Assembly (NCBI GenBank): GCA_963514005.1
Contig: OY740781.1
Location: 35,526,001 to 35,590,000, forward strand
Source of the DNA: Raja brachyura
Taxonomy: Eukaryota
Direction: 5' to 3'
DNA length: 64,000 bases
Shown: in pieces, positions 11,641-24,570 of the stretch
Numbering within the stretch: position 1 is the first letter of the stretch
Layout: each line of letters starts with the position of its first letter
The notes under the pieces: generated by a model
What the model saw: only the letters and a program-made list of their open reading frames with translations
Database searches by the model: none
What the model was told of the DNA's origin: nothing
Made by a program: the position numbers and the translations under genes

Positions 11641-12419
11641 TCATTATGATTGTTGCATTATTTATTCCACCACAAGTACTTTCTGCATGAAATTGAAATG
11701 AGCAATTTTCTTCCTCATTGACCATGCTAACAAAATTAGTACAGGTATCAGAGGTTATGGGGACAAAGCAGGAAAATTGGATTAGGAGGCAGAGAAAAGC
11801 CATGATTGAATGGTGGGGTAGATTCGATGGGCTGAATCCTAAAACTTGTGAACTTGTGAAATATATCTGTAGTCTAAAGCTTTCCCTCTAGTTTTTATTT
11901 TTCAATCCTCAAAGTTCAAATTTATCCGTCACATGCACCAATGAAGGTACAGTGAAATGAATTTGCCATGCAGCGATGCAATTGAAAGAAGAACACAAAA
12001 TACACAATAGAATTTAACATAAACCTATCGCCCATATTTAAATCTAAATCATTTATAAACATTTCCAGAGATGACTGTATATTGAGCCCTGTGAACGACA
12101 ACTATAAACATAGTTAACACAACTATTAACATCCATGCAGTTACAAAATCATCTGTCAACCATTACTTTTTGCTTTCTTCTACAGTGCTAGTTTTCGATT
12201 CTTTGACACTTGTTCTTGGTTGTATCCCATGAACGTTTATCTTTTTGTCCTCTTTGTCATGTAATACCAATCTAAAACCATGATAACATATTTGCAGATA
12301 TATCAAACACACAACATTCATTGTGCTTGTTATCTTTTCAATAAACTATTAAGGTGGTCAGATATGACCTGTCTTTAACAAATCCACATTGACCATTCAT
12401 TATTAATTTGGGCCCATTT

Positions 12420-13068
12420 AGACAATAGGTGCAGGAGTAGGCCATTTGGCCCTTCGAGCCAGCACTGCCATTCAATGTGATCATGGCTGATCCCCAATCA
12501 GTACCCCGTTCCTACCTTCTCCCCATATCCCCTCACTCCGCTATCTTTAAGAGCCTTATCTAGCTTTCTCTTGAAACTATCCAGAGAACCGGCCTCCACC
12601 GCCCTCTGAGGCAGAGAATTACACAGACTCACAATTCTCTGTGTGAAAAAATGTTTCCTCGTCTCCATTCGAAATGGTTTACCCCTTATTCTTAAACAGT
12701 GGCCCTGCTTCTTGACTCCCCTAACATTGGGAACATGTTTCCTGCCTCTCGCATGTCCAAACCCTTAATAATCTTGTACGTTTTAATAAGATTCCCTCTC
12801 ATCCTTCTAAACCCCAGAGTATACAAGCCCAGCTAATCCATTCTTTCAGCATATGACAGTCCCGCCGTCCTGGGAATTAACCTTGTGAACCTACACTGCA
12901 CTCCCTCAATAACAAGATTGTCCTTCCTCAAATTTGGAGACCAAAACTGCACACAATACTCCAGGTGTGGTCTCACTAGGGTGTTGTACAACTGCAGAAG
13001 GACCCCATTGCTGTTATACTCCTCTTGTTATGAAGGCCAACATGCCATTCGCTTTCTTCACTGCCTGC
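12420..13068 (-). mobile_element. CR1/HER1-like LINE 3' fragment
   Basis: Antisense of LYNTLVRPHLEYCVQFWSP and the family tail. Confidence 0.85.
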
Positions 13069-14611
13069 ATGGTACAGCAATAGAATTTTCATTTATTGCT
13101 TAGAATTTATTTTAACAATTATTCAATTTTGTTTATTTGTGAAGGATTTGGAGTAAATGCTCATGGCACTGTCCTAGACAATGTTTGCTGATGCACCTTC
13201 TACATCTCTTGCCAAATGTTTTGTTAATGCATTTTTATTTCAAAATTAGTGGTTTTGAGCCATTGAATCTCGCAGTGATTACTAAATTGTTCAGTTCATT
13301 ATTATTATTTTTTTTTACCGAAGTCTTGCTTTACATTTAGTTTTGTACTGCCAGCTGTGATTAAATTTGTGGCACTATCTTATCTTCATGAAAATATTTG
13401 AGGTTGAAGCTTGATTGTAGACTATCATGTGATATGTTAAATCAAGTTTCTAATCACAAAAAGCTGTGTCATCACAAATAGATTCTCTGGTATGATTCTG
13501 AACAAGAGCAGGGGACTTCCTTATTGTGCCTTGACCAATATTTCTCAATCAACATTACAAAAGCAGATTATTTGAGCGTAACAAACAACTCTGTTTATGG
13601 GACTATACTCTGTGCAAACTTTCCTTTTTTCTCCATGCAAAGATAACTGCACTTCAATAAGTCTAAAGTGCGTTATTGCTGATTGCAGTTCCCCAGATAT
13701 CTGATGCCACATTCTGATGACTTTATTTTTCTTCACGTTCTTTCTATTTTCTATGTGACCTTCTTGACAATTCTATCAGCCTGCTGCTCCTTTAATTTCA
13801 CTTCCACTAAATGCTAACCACCCAACTTATTTTCCGGGAGCATCTTAGTTGATATTATTACTCGTGATCACTTCTTGGATACCGTTGTTTCCCTCTTTGA
13901 ATAGTCTTTGTGCTGGCCTGGAAAATTAATGCCCTTGCTTTTCTCTCCACTTGTAGTGTCTGACCTTCTGAGTATTTGACAATTTGTTGTTTGTATTTTG
14001 ATCAGTGGCTCTGAATTTGTAATATTGTGGCTTTGGTAAATTCTTACATTTTTGGCTTTGTATTTCATCAGCTAGGGTTCTTTATTGTATTATATGAGAT
14101 TCAGGATTGGGCATCAGTGACCGTAAATTTATGTCACTTAAAATGTGAAAAAAAGATTGCACTTGTGTGGAATATTTTCTTTAGATTGTTATGGTGTATA
14201 TATAAGGATTGACTTGGAACTTTTGAATACTGAATTTTATTCACTTTTTTTCTGTAGAAAAACGTCCATTTACTTGAACGTTGATCAGTACTGGAGTCCC
14301 TTATTGCTGCGTTCACTGATATTTTACAAACTTAAAAGTGCGACCACGCTGATATCAAGTAAGTCATCCAGTTTCCTTTAATATATTTATGCTTGTATTT
14401 TGATATGAGACTCTGCTGTCTAACATGAGAGAATATGTGAAAGCATTATCAGACCTTGCTGATGACATAAACACATTTGTATTTTCTGTGGAAAAGTGAT
14501 ACACATTCTAATGTTACTTATCCAAGGAGATTAATGGAAAATATGCTGCCAGTTATGAGGTATATTTTGCCATATCGTGAAAGTAAAAATATATCATATA
14601 TTTGTTGCTAA

Positions 14612-14985
14612 ATGTAAATTGGAGGAACAGTATCTCATATTTCGCTTGGGCAGCTTACAGCCCGGTTGTATGAATATTGATTTCTCTAACTTCAAGTAAT
14701 CCCGGCATTCCCTCTCTCTATCCTTCCCCCACTCAAGTTGTACCAGCTTCTCGTTTTCACCCAACAAACAGGCAACAATGGCCTGTTTTCTTTATCATTG
14801 TTACTTTTTTACATATCTTTCATTCATTGTTCTTTATCTCTCTACCACATCATCTATATCTCCTGTTTCCCTTATCCCTAACTAGTCTGAAGAAGGGCCT
14901 CGGCCTGAAACATCAGCCATTCCTTCTGTCCAGAGATGCTGGCTGTCCCATCAAGTTACTCCAGCTTTTTGTGTCTATCTTCAAT
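14612..14985 (+). mobile_element. Penelope-like 3' fragment
   Basis: KLEEQYLIFRLGSLQP..MNIDFSNFK remnant, tail and hammerhead-like motif at 14887. Confidence 0.75.
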
Positions 14986-15192
14986 ATATAACTAGACTAA
15001 GTGGGACTCGTTGGGTCCCATGTTCACACGGGAGGGCTGGTCCCCCAACGCAATATTCCACCTCTCCACTAATTCCAATATTGGTGGCATCGGGGGGGTG
15101 GGGCGATTTCTGGAGTGCTAGAATGGGTGTTGTGGGCCAAAGGGACTGGTTTCCAGAGGGCTAGTATGGACATTGTGGGCCAAATGGATTCT

Positions 15193-15690
15193 TGGGCTGG
15201 CAGCTCAGTCTCTCAGGCCTGGTGGGCTGGCAGCTCAGTCACTCAGGCCTGGTGGGCTGGCAGCTCAGTCACTCAGGCCTGGTGGGCTGGCAGCTCAGTC
15301 TCTCAGGCCTGGTGGGCTGGCAGCTCAGTCACTCAGGCCTGGTGGGCTGGCAGCTCAGTCACTCAGGCCTGGTGGGCTGGCAGCTCAGTCACTCAGGCCT
15401 GGTGGGCTGGCAGCTCAGTCACTCAGGCCTGGTGGGCTGGCAGCTCAGTCACTCAGGCCTGGTGGGCTGGCAGCTCAGTCACTCAGGCCTGGTGGGCTGG
15501 CAGCTCAGTCACTCAGGCCTGGTGGGCTGGCAGCTCAGTGACTCAGGCCTGGTGGTTTGGCAGCTCAGTCACTCAGGGCTGGTGGGCTGGCAGCTCAGTC
15601 ACTCAGGCCTGGTGGGATGGCAACTCAGTCACTCAGGGCTGGTGGGCTGGCAGTTCAGTCACTTGGGGCTGGTGGGCCGGCAGCTCAGAA
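15193..15690 (+). repeat. 30-bp minisatellite, about 16.5 copies
   Basis: Unit GGTGGGCTGGCAGCTCAGTCACTCAGGCCT, near-perfect centrally, diverging at the right end. Confidence 0.97.
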
Positions 15691-16154
15691 CTCAGAGGGT
15701 GGAAAATCAATTTTAGCCATTTTTCATCTTTCTGCAGAGATCACACCAATGAAAGAGGAAAGTCTATCCTGGCCTGGATCTCACCGGGAGCCAATAAAGG
15801 GAGTGAGAAAAATACTGGAGTGAGGTTTAATACTTGCAGGGGGAATACTTACTGATGGATCGAAGGGACTCCTCCTGGGCTAGTACAGGCCAGGTGGGCT
15901 TAAGAGACTCTTTAAAAAAAAATTATTTTAATATCTCAGTGAAATGTCAGTGAAATGCACTTTTTCTTGACTTTTCCTGGCCTGGCATGGGCCTTTTGGG
16001 CCAAAATGCTCGTCCTGGGCTAATACGGGCATTTTGGGCAAAAGGGACTGGTTTCTTGGCTAATAGGGGCTTTGTGGGCCGAAATGAGTGGTTTCAGGCA
16101 GGCCAAACAACTAATTTCATTTCCATTTCAGTTTCAAGCGCAGGACAGGCCAAA

Positions 16155-18650
16155 TGTTGTGATTCTGCTGTTGGAATAACCAAAGTCTCACCGTGATTAA
16201 GGTCGAAATATTTTATTAATGTTACAGCATAGGTAACTTCATACTAGCAAGTTACCCTAAAAGTGTGAGAACAAGGCAGGGTAGCTTTCTGTTAAATTAG
16301 TGGGCGTAGCTACAAAGTATGACTCTCAACATGAGTGACACTGATCTAAATTCTCCCTCTTGAAGAATTAAACATCAGTACAAAACTATTAACTAAGTAA
16401 GGCATGCATAATAATTGATAATAAACTGGAAGAAAGTCAAACATAGCCCGGGTACTTCACAACCGGCTTGCAAACACGACCAGCACGTGTGTGATAAAGA
16501 TCATCTCAGTTTTGCCACTGGGAACAGAGCGGGTTGCTTCACAAGTGAGGGAAACTGAACCAGCATTCCCGGTGATGAAACAGGAGACTGTGGCGTGGGC
16601 AAAGTCACCACTGGCAAATCAGCCGCTGCAGACATGGGTTGTTGTGCTGGTATAGGTGGATTAATGCCGCTGGACACAGACGGAAGTACACTTGTACGGT
16701 CTGGATAATACGGAGGTGGAACTGGCTCGTTCACAGGTAGGATATGTTGTTTGTTACGCCTGTAGATACCGCCATCGACACTGACCAGATATGAGCGTAG
16801 CTCAGAAGCAGTTCCAGAAATTACACCAATACGGTCATGGCCTTTGTCAGTTTGCAAATGAACCACCTGCCCCTTGGTTAACGGTGGCAGTGGCCTACTT
16901 GTTTTGTCATACCATTGTTTTTGAATGTCACGCTTTTGTTGTAATCTGGACTGGACTTCTGATGGTAGAACCACCTGAGGGATCAATGCCTGATCCGCCA
17001 CAGGCACCGTGGCTCGGGTCTGCCTCGATGTCTGCTCAGCTAGTCCACTTGATTGTGAATATTCAGGGCTGCTGGAAATGTGGCAAAAATTCCAGCATGC
17101 AGCAAACTCCTTGAAGTGTTGGCTGGTAAAGTGACTGCCGTTATCAGATAACAGTAAACCCAGAGATCCGTGGACTGTAAAATGGCGAGATAGCTTTGAA
17201 ACCACCCCGCGAGAAGTGCTGCTGCTGACAAAATCAATGTCAAACCATCCTGAATACGAATCGACGAGTACCAGGTATTACTTGCCATGCCACTCAAATA
17301 TGTCAGTTGCCACTGTAGACCACGGGAGTGCAGGAACCGGATGTGAAAGAAGTGGTTGCTTTTGTTGGTGAGGTGCCAAGCTGTTGCACACTGCACAGGA
17401 CGCCACATTCTCGGTGATGTATTCGGCCATGCCAGGCCAGTAAAACATGCTTTTTTAAGAAGGAACTGCAGATGCTGGAAAATCAAAGGTAGACAAAAAT
17501 GCTGGAGAAACTCAGCGGATGTGCAGCATCTATGGAGCACTAGCTCATCACGGATGGCAAAGAAAGGCCGGACTGGCAGTGGAACGTTGTAGCGTTTGTC
17601 TGGCCAGCCGCGCTTAATGACAAGTGACTGTAGAGTACTGTCAGCAGCAGTGTGGGCAACCAAGTCCTCCACACAGGACGAGGGAATAAAGGACACAGTC
17701 ATTATGATAAAATCATCATCCGGCGAGGGCAGACCCTCGCAGGTCTTCTGGGGTGCATGTGAGAGAGTGTCAGCCAGGTGCATGTCCTTACCACGTTTGT
17801 GGATTAGAACAATGTCATATTTTTGAAGTTGCAGCAACATCTGCTGTAGGCACGCTCGAGAAGCATGGATTGGTTTGTTAAAGATGCTGGTCAGAGGTTG
17901 GTGGTCAGTTTCAATCGTGACCATGTGTCAAAGATAAAGTTGTTAAATTTCTTGCAGGCGAAAACAACCACCAACAGCTCTTTCTCAATTTCGGCATATC
18001 GTTGTTCTGTGTCAGTCATAGAGCGCGAGGCACAGGCAACAGGCTTATAGCCGTTACCATCATTTTGAAGGCATGCTGCGCCTAGTCCATATTGTGAGGG
18101 GTCACAAGGCAGTGTGACCAGTCGTTCAGGATCAAAGTAAGCGAGAGTAGGAGCACAAGACATCTGCTTAAGAGTGTCGAAAGCCCTCTGCTGTTGCTCG
18201 TGCCAGGTCCAAGTAATCTCTTTGCGTGTCAGCTGGCGCAATGGGCCGGATATTTCACTAAAACCCGGAATGAATTTGCTCAAGTAGTGAACCATGCCAA
18301 GGAATCTCTGCAAACTTAGCACGTGTGTGGGCGCTGGGAGCTCGTTGATAGCACTAGTTTTCGCCGGATCAGTTTTTAGACCGTCTTTAGTAAACACATG
18401 GCCTATGCATTTCATTTCATTTACCCTGAATTTGCATTTTTGAGGGTTCAGCTTGAGTTTGATGGCCTTGGCGTGATCTGGGACCTTTATCAGTTTAGCA
18501 TTGTGTTCTTCGACAGTTTGTCCCGCAACGAGGATGTAATCCACTACGATGGAGCATGCGTAGCCTGCAAACATCTACTCCATAGCTTGTTGAAATACTT
18601 CACCAGCAGAGCTTATTCCAAAAGGCATGCAAAGAAATCTGTAATGCCCG
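16155..18650 (-). mobile_element. Gypsy/Ty3 LTR retrotransposon fragment (RT-RNaseH-IN plus 3' LTR), degenerate
   Basis: RT ([18 protein letters not shown]), RNaseH (CDPSQYGLGA, YAEIEKELL), integrase (SDNGSHFTS); PPT aagagggagaa at 16351-16361; probable LTR 16155-16350 with AATAAA; multiple frameshifts; Penelope tail inserted near 17455-17540. Confidence 0.88.
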
Positions 18651-19290
18651 AATTTGGAGATGTTGCATTGAATTCCCTCGTCCAAATCATTAATATATAT
18701 TGTAAATATCTGGGGTCCCAGCACTGAGCCTTGTGGTACCCCACTAGTCACTGCCTGCCATTCTGAAAAGGACCCGTTTACTCCTACCCTTTGCTTCCTC
18801 TCTGCTAGCCAGTTCTCTATCCACATCAATACTGAACCCCCAATACCATATGCTTTAAGTTTGTATGCTTTAACTGTGGGGTTTGCAGAGATTCCTTGGA
18901 TGTGTTATATCTCGACTTTCAGAAGGCTACCCCACCTCCTTTTCCTTTTCATCTATCCCTCCTGAATATTGAATATCCCTGGATGTCCCTGGATGTTCAG
19001 CTTCCAGCCTTGGTCACCCTGGAGCCATGTCTCCGTGATCCCAACTATAGCATAGTCATTAATCGCTATCTGCACCTTCAACTCATCCACCTTATTACAA
19101 GTGCTCCTCGCATTGAGATACAAAGCCTTCAGGCTTGTTTTTACAACACTCTTACTCCTTATACAATTATGTTGACAAGTGGCCCCTTTCACATCGATCC
19201 CTATTACACTTGGCCATACTCTCCTATCCCTTTGTGAGCTTTCTTTCCAGTTAATTCTGTGGTCATTAACCATCCCTTTACTCTCTTTCC
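18651..19290 (-). mobile_element. Rearranged CR1 ORF2 pieces (RT segment and endonuclease N-terminus)
   Basis: WIENWL..RKQRV...[20 protein letters not shown] (18651-18830) and LYLNARS..NKVDEL....YAIVGITETWL (about 18960-19130). Confidence 0.85.
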
Positions 19291-20059
19291 CTTTAACTCC
19301 GTCCTCGACTATCCCATTTGACACCCCACCCCCCTTATTCAGTTTAAATAAGAGGGGTGGGGTGTCAAATGGGATAGTCGAGGACGAAGTTAAAGGACTC
19401 TCAGCAGAGTCCTTTAGTGCAGCACAGTTCAGTTGACTCACAGCAGAATTACAGTTGTTGCCTCTTCCTCGCGATCTTTCAGAGTGACTAACACGTCCAG
19501 GCAAAGGGGTTTTATAGTCCTGCCCCCCCCCCTCGGAAGGGGCGTTACCTTCATCATGGTGATTGACATGCGAGAGGACCAATCAGCTGAACTCAAGATT
19601 TTTTTAAACATTCATTACTTTTTTATGTTTCACCGATCGGAAAAATCCTTGCAGCTGCCTCAGTGGAGGAGGACTGAGTAAGATGGCCAAAAATCATAGC
19701 GATATAGGGTAGCGTTTATTCTAAAATAAATATACAGCGCAGATGGGAAGTGGCCAAGATGAGACTTTTAGTTAGATAGATAGATATAACATGAGCAGAA
19801 CCCACTCTAGAAAGCAGAAGGGACTGCAGATGCTAGAATCAATGGCAAAAAATACAACTTTGCAGATCAGGCAGGAACTTTGCAGATCAGGCAGCATCTT
19901 TTGATGAGCTGGTAGAGCTGCTGTCTCACAGTGCGAGAGACCCAGGTTCAAACCTGACCTAGGGTGCTGTGTCTGTGTGGCGTTTTCATGCTCGCTCTGT
20001 GACTGTGATGAGACCCATCATTTTGAGTCTTGATGAATTTAGTCAAGATAAATGGTCTG

Positions 20060-20782
20060 AACCTGAAGGGATCACTTCACTCTCGTAAAGAAGTCACAGC
20101 AGCGGCTATATTTCCTGAGGGCTCTGCGGAGAGCAAACGTCTCACAGCAGCTGCTGCTGTCCTTCTACCGGTGCGCCGTGGAAAGCATCCTCTCCTATGG
20201 CATCCTGGTGTGGTTTGCTAGCTGCACTGTGGCTGGAAGGAAGGCACTACAGAGGGTTATTAAAACAGCACAGAGCATCATAAACACTCAACTACCCTCC
20301 CTGGAAGACATTTACAAGGCCCGATGTTTACGCCGGGCGACAAACATCACACAGGACTCATTCCACCCTGCCAGCCACCTTTTCACTCTGCTACCCTCTG
20401 GGAGGCGATACGGGTCTTTGAAGGCCCGCACTTGCAGACTAACTAACAGTTTCTACCCACGTGCCATTAGAGAACTTAACTCAAACAGATAACTCTACGG
20501 GCAACACTACACAATTCGGGGTGCAAATAAAAATTTGTCTGCTAGAATGTGCAATATAATGTGCATTTTTAAATTATCTATTACTTATTTTATGCATTGA
20601 TCTTGTAGTAACTGTAAATGTGAGAGTAAATGGTTGTTTGTGTTATTGTGTTTTGTTCTTTTTTTAATCTTTTTATCCTGTGTCTTTTATTGTTTACCAT
20701 TGAAGGGGATGCACATGAAATTTCGTTGTACAGTTGATGTGCAATGACAAATAAACGTATTTGATTTGATTTGATTTGATTG
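20060..20782 (+). mobile_element. Rex1/Babar-type LINE 3' fragment
   Basis: ORF 20178..20492 (ESILSYGILVWF...HPASHLFTLLPSGRRY...NSFYPRAIR), tail aatgacaaataaa plus (ATTTG)n. Confidence 0.85.
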
Positions 20783-21753
20783 AACAAAACTGACTCTAGA
20801 ATGTGAGTTCAAACATCAAGAGCGCATGCACAATCTACTTGTTTTTTTAGTCTCTGGGACTGTGAGACAGCAACTCTACCAGCTGCACTGTTGTGCTGCC
20901 CCTGTGCTAACATATATTCCCATAGATATGAAATACTAATTCGGAATCAGAAAAGTGGAGGGTGCAATTAAAAGCATTCACTTATGAAGTGCTTGACTTG
21001 TTGAGTATTTCTGTTATTAGAATCTGAAACAGAACTTAATATATCTGCAGACTAACGTTCATTATTTATAGCATGAGTACAGCCGGCATCTATGTACTGG
21101 ACTTGTTTTTAAGCTTTATTTGAGTTCTAATTTGAATTTTGCTAGATAATCTCTGCAAGTTAAACAACATTTAAATATTGTTTGGTTTAAATACTAAAAA
21201 ACAATTTTGACTGATAAATGCCATTTTTGTATTAATAAACCCATTTTATGGTATTGCTAAACAATAATTTTCAGCTTGCTTGGCACAAATGAGAATTGTG
21301 GTGAATGTTTTATTAAGCTTGTCCTTGCCTCTATGTACCGCATCATAACATAAAGGTTACTGGGTTCTCATCTAAGAAAATACTGTAACTAGCATTCCCA
21401 TTGCAAATCAATTAACCTTGGCATAGTGACATGGTATTTTTATCTTTTTCAAAAATAAAATACTTTCTCTTTAAGTGTGTATCTCTGTAGGTGAGGAAGG
21501 GATTTGTCAAAATGTTCATATAGAAATAATGTAAGCTCTATTTATTGCTCCGCACAGTGATCACCAAATAGATCGATTGATTTCGTTGATAGTTAATTTA
21601 TTTATGGACATAACATATTGGAGCTGTTGGAGATGAATTGCATGGACTTGTGTCTTCCCTTCTGAACTTAATCTGATACCCAGCTGACACAAACAGAAAT
21701 ACCTATTATTGAGCTTAATTATTGGGAGAAGTTCTATTGATCATAAGGTCATA

Positions 21754-24570
21754 CAGGGCTCTCACTTAACTTTTTTTCCCTGTTGCCAGCCGGGCAACCT
21801 GGGCAGCTTTTTAGGTTGCGAAATGACATTTTATGTGGTCATTTAAGGCAGTTTGCATGATGCGTGCGATAATGTGTTCGGCCGAAGTGCGTAGTTTCCA
21901 GTCGGAATTATGCTCAATGAAGCATTCACATATTATTTCTGCTTCAAACAAAGTTACAAACTAAACATATTCACCAATCAAGACATGATATATACCACAA
22001 TGACATTCAGCAAAATTATAATACAGTATCTCAACTCTTTTTGTACATTGCAATTAATGCAATTTCTATTAGTTCTTTCCACTTCCAAACTAAAATGTGG
22101 TTGGATTATTCAGCATATGATCAACCTGTGTCAATAAATCCTGGACCATGGTAACATATATGCTTAACCATGCACACTCCAGATTGATACAAGCATGTTT
22201 TCTGTAAAGGACCGAAAATTACCATGACATGGCCATAGCATGGGTCGTTATTGCTATTGGTACAGAAACACTCTCGCTTCCCACATAATTTATCCACAGC
22301 AAAATATACAGGTTGCAAGGCCATTTTATGATAATAGCTGTTAAAACCGACTATACCCATCTGACAGGTTAAACATTACACTAACTGACAAGAGATGCAT
22401 AACTGCAGCAAATGTTCTTTTGATAATATGTTTAAAGGTGTCAAAACGCCACATTATCGGACATTCAGATTAGATGTATGTGTTGTGAACAGCAATGAAG
22501 ATACCCAGTTTGTACGCACCAGATTTAAAAAAAAATATTGATAAACACTGTTTCCATCATTCTCACTTCAGAATTAACGTTAAAATCTCAACTGAAATAT
22601 CTCCTGACCAAATTTGCGATGTATATGATCGACTGTAGAAGTAAAACCTGGATAAATCCAACGTATAGTTGTGAATGTTGCTCATTAAATAACTACAGTA
22701 CTGATACTCCATGTTAAGAGCATTGATTTGCCATTAAAATGAATTCTGTAATAACGTGTCAAAGTCAAGTCAAACAAACTTTATTGTCATTTAGAAATAC
22801 ATTGATATATGTAGTTCCAAACGAAATTACATTGCATTTGGCTCCCTGTGCAACACGATAAATTAACAGAAGGATAGGCATGGATAAAAGGATAAATAGA
22901 CAATGGTGGCAGCCCATTACATGGCATTCAGGAGTCTGATGGCTCGTGGGAAGAAGCTGTTGCAGAACCTTGATGTTCTGCTCCTTATGCTGCGATATCT
23001 TTTTCCCGAGGGCAGCAGAGTGAACGTGATAGAGATGTGTGGGGTCTTTTATAATACTGCTGGCCTTAGACACGCAACGTTTGGTCGCAATATCCCCGAT
23101 TGAGGGGAGAGAGGTCCCGATGATTTTTTCCGCTGTCCTCACCACTCTCTGCACAGACTTCCAGTCGGAGGCTCTACAGTCCCCAAACCAGACAGAGATA
23201 CAGCTGGTCAGAATACTCTCTATGGTGCCCCTGTAGAAAGTAGTCAGGATGGGATGGGGGAGATGAGCTCTTCTCATCCGGCGCAGAAAGTGCAACCGCT
23301 GCTGCGCTCTCTTAACGGTAGCAGTGACAATCGAACACTGTGGTTTCACGTGTTCACAATTTAATTAATCCATCTTTATGGACTAAAACAAATAATAACA
23401 TTGGGAATTAAAACACATTTGATTGCATTCCGTTATCAAACATAATCAATGTTCGCTCTGAAGACATTTCCAGCACAGGGTCGGGGGGGGGGGGGGGGGG
23501 GGCGTGAATCAGTACAGGATGGATAGATGGCGGGGGGCGGGGGGCTTTAGAAGGCAATCAGTGCGGAATGGATGGATTGAGGCAGGTGAATTAGTATGTG
23601 TTGGCTGGAGTAGGTAAAATTGTGAGGGGAGAGGATGGGGGATGTCAGTGGTGTTGAATGGGGGGGGGATCAGTACGGGATGGATCGGGGTAGACAAAAG
23701 TGCTGGAGAAACTCAGCGGGTGAGGCAGCATCTATGGAACGAAGGAAATAGGCAACGTTTCGGGTCGAGACCCTTCTTCCGATTGTTCCCCCCATTCTTC
23801 AGTACAGGATGGATGGGGGGGGGGGAAATCAGCGCAGGGTGAATGGGGGGGGGGGGGGGGTTGTCAGCACAGTGTGGATTGGAGTGGTCTGTGCAGGATG
23901 AATGGAGAATCACTACAGGATGAATGAGGGATGGTGCAGGGTAAATGGAGGGTGGGTCAGTGAGGGATGAATGGGTGGAGTAGTACAGAATGGATGGGGG
24001 AATCAGTACAGGATGAATGGAGGAGCAGTGCAGGATGGATGGGAAGGGGAGGTATGTACAGGATGAATTGGGGGACCAGTGTAGAGAGAGAGAGAGAGAG
24101 AGACACGAGGTGGGGAGGAAGGAAGGTCAGCGCTCCTTGGACAACATCGCCCCGCTGCCTTGGCCGTCCCTGTCCATTGCCAAGTGCCGCCGCCAAAAGG
24201 GGAGGCAGTTGGGATCTGCTCGCCACCGCCTCCCCTCCTCCGCCAGCCAACAGCAAGGTGCGGGGCCGAGTGGTGCAGTTCAAAGATTCTATAGCTATAG
24301 GATCTTTGGTGCAGCTGCTTCAGACGGCGGAAGGAGGCCTCCCCCTCCCTCTCTCCTCCCGGCCTCGGCGTGCGGGAGGGTTTGTTTTGGAAGCGCTGTT
24401 AGCGGATTTGCAAGCAGCGGCCGCTATCAGGGCGGGCGGGATGCGGGAGGAGGTGGGGATGGAGCCGCTGTCGCGGCCGCTGCTGCCGCTGTTCGAAGCC
24501 CGTCATACGCTCCGACCCTTCGTCACCACGCACCTAGTATCTTTGCCCCACAATGCAGTCGTCGCCGACA
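21754..24570. mobile_element. Possible non-autonomous hAT-like DNA element (right end not identified)
   Basis: Begins CAGGGCTCTCAC with subterminal GTTGCC..GGCAAC palindrome; AT-rich body then G-rich and CpG-rich segment; no matching second TIR found. Confidence 0.35.
22760..23345 (-). mobile_element. Rex1/Babar-type LINE 3' fragment
   Basis: ORF 22765..23349 (KRAQQRLHFLRRM...FYRGTIESILTSCISVW). Confidence 0.85.

Larger units (their letters stand above)
14992..19784 (-). mobile_element. Helitron-like element (copy B), 4.8 kb, with internal cargo
   Basis: Read on minus: begins TC (19784), ends CTAG (14995-14992), sits between A and T without TSD, subterminal hairpin TGGGAC..GTCCCA (15002-15020); termini shared with copy A. 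Confidence 0.7.

Noticed and set aside
15115-15855. 246-aa repetitive ORF, or CRISPR-like array
   Set aside because: Head-to-tail 30-bp repeats with no unique spacers, eukaryotic context, no cas genes; ORFs arise because the unit lacks stops.
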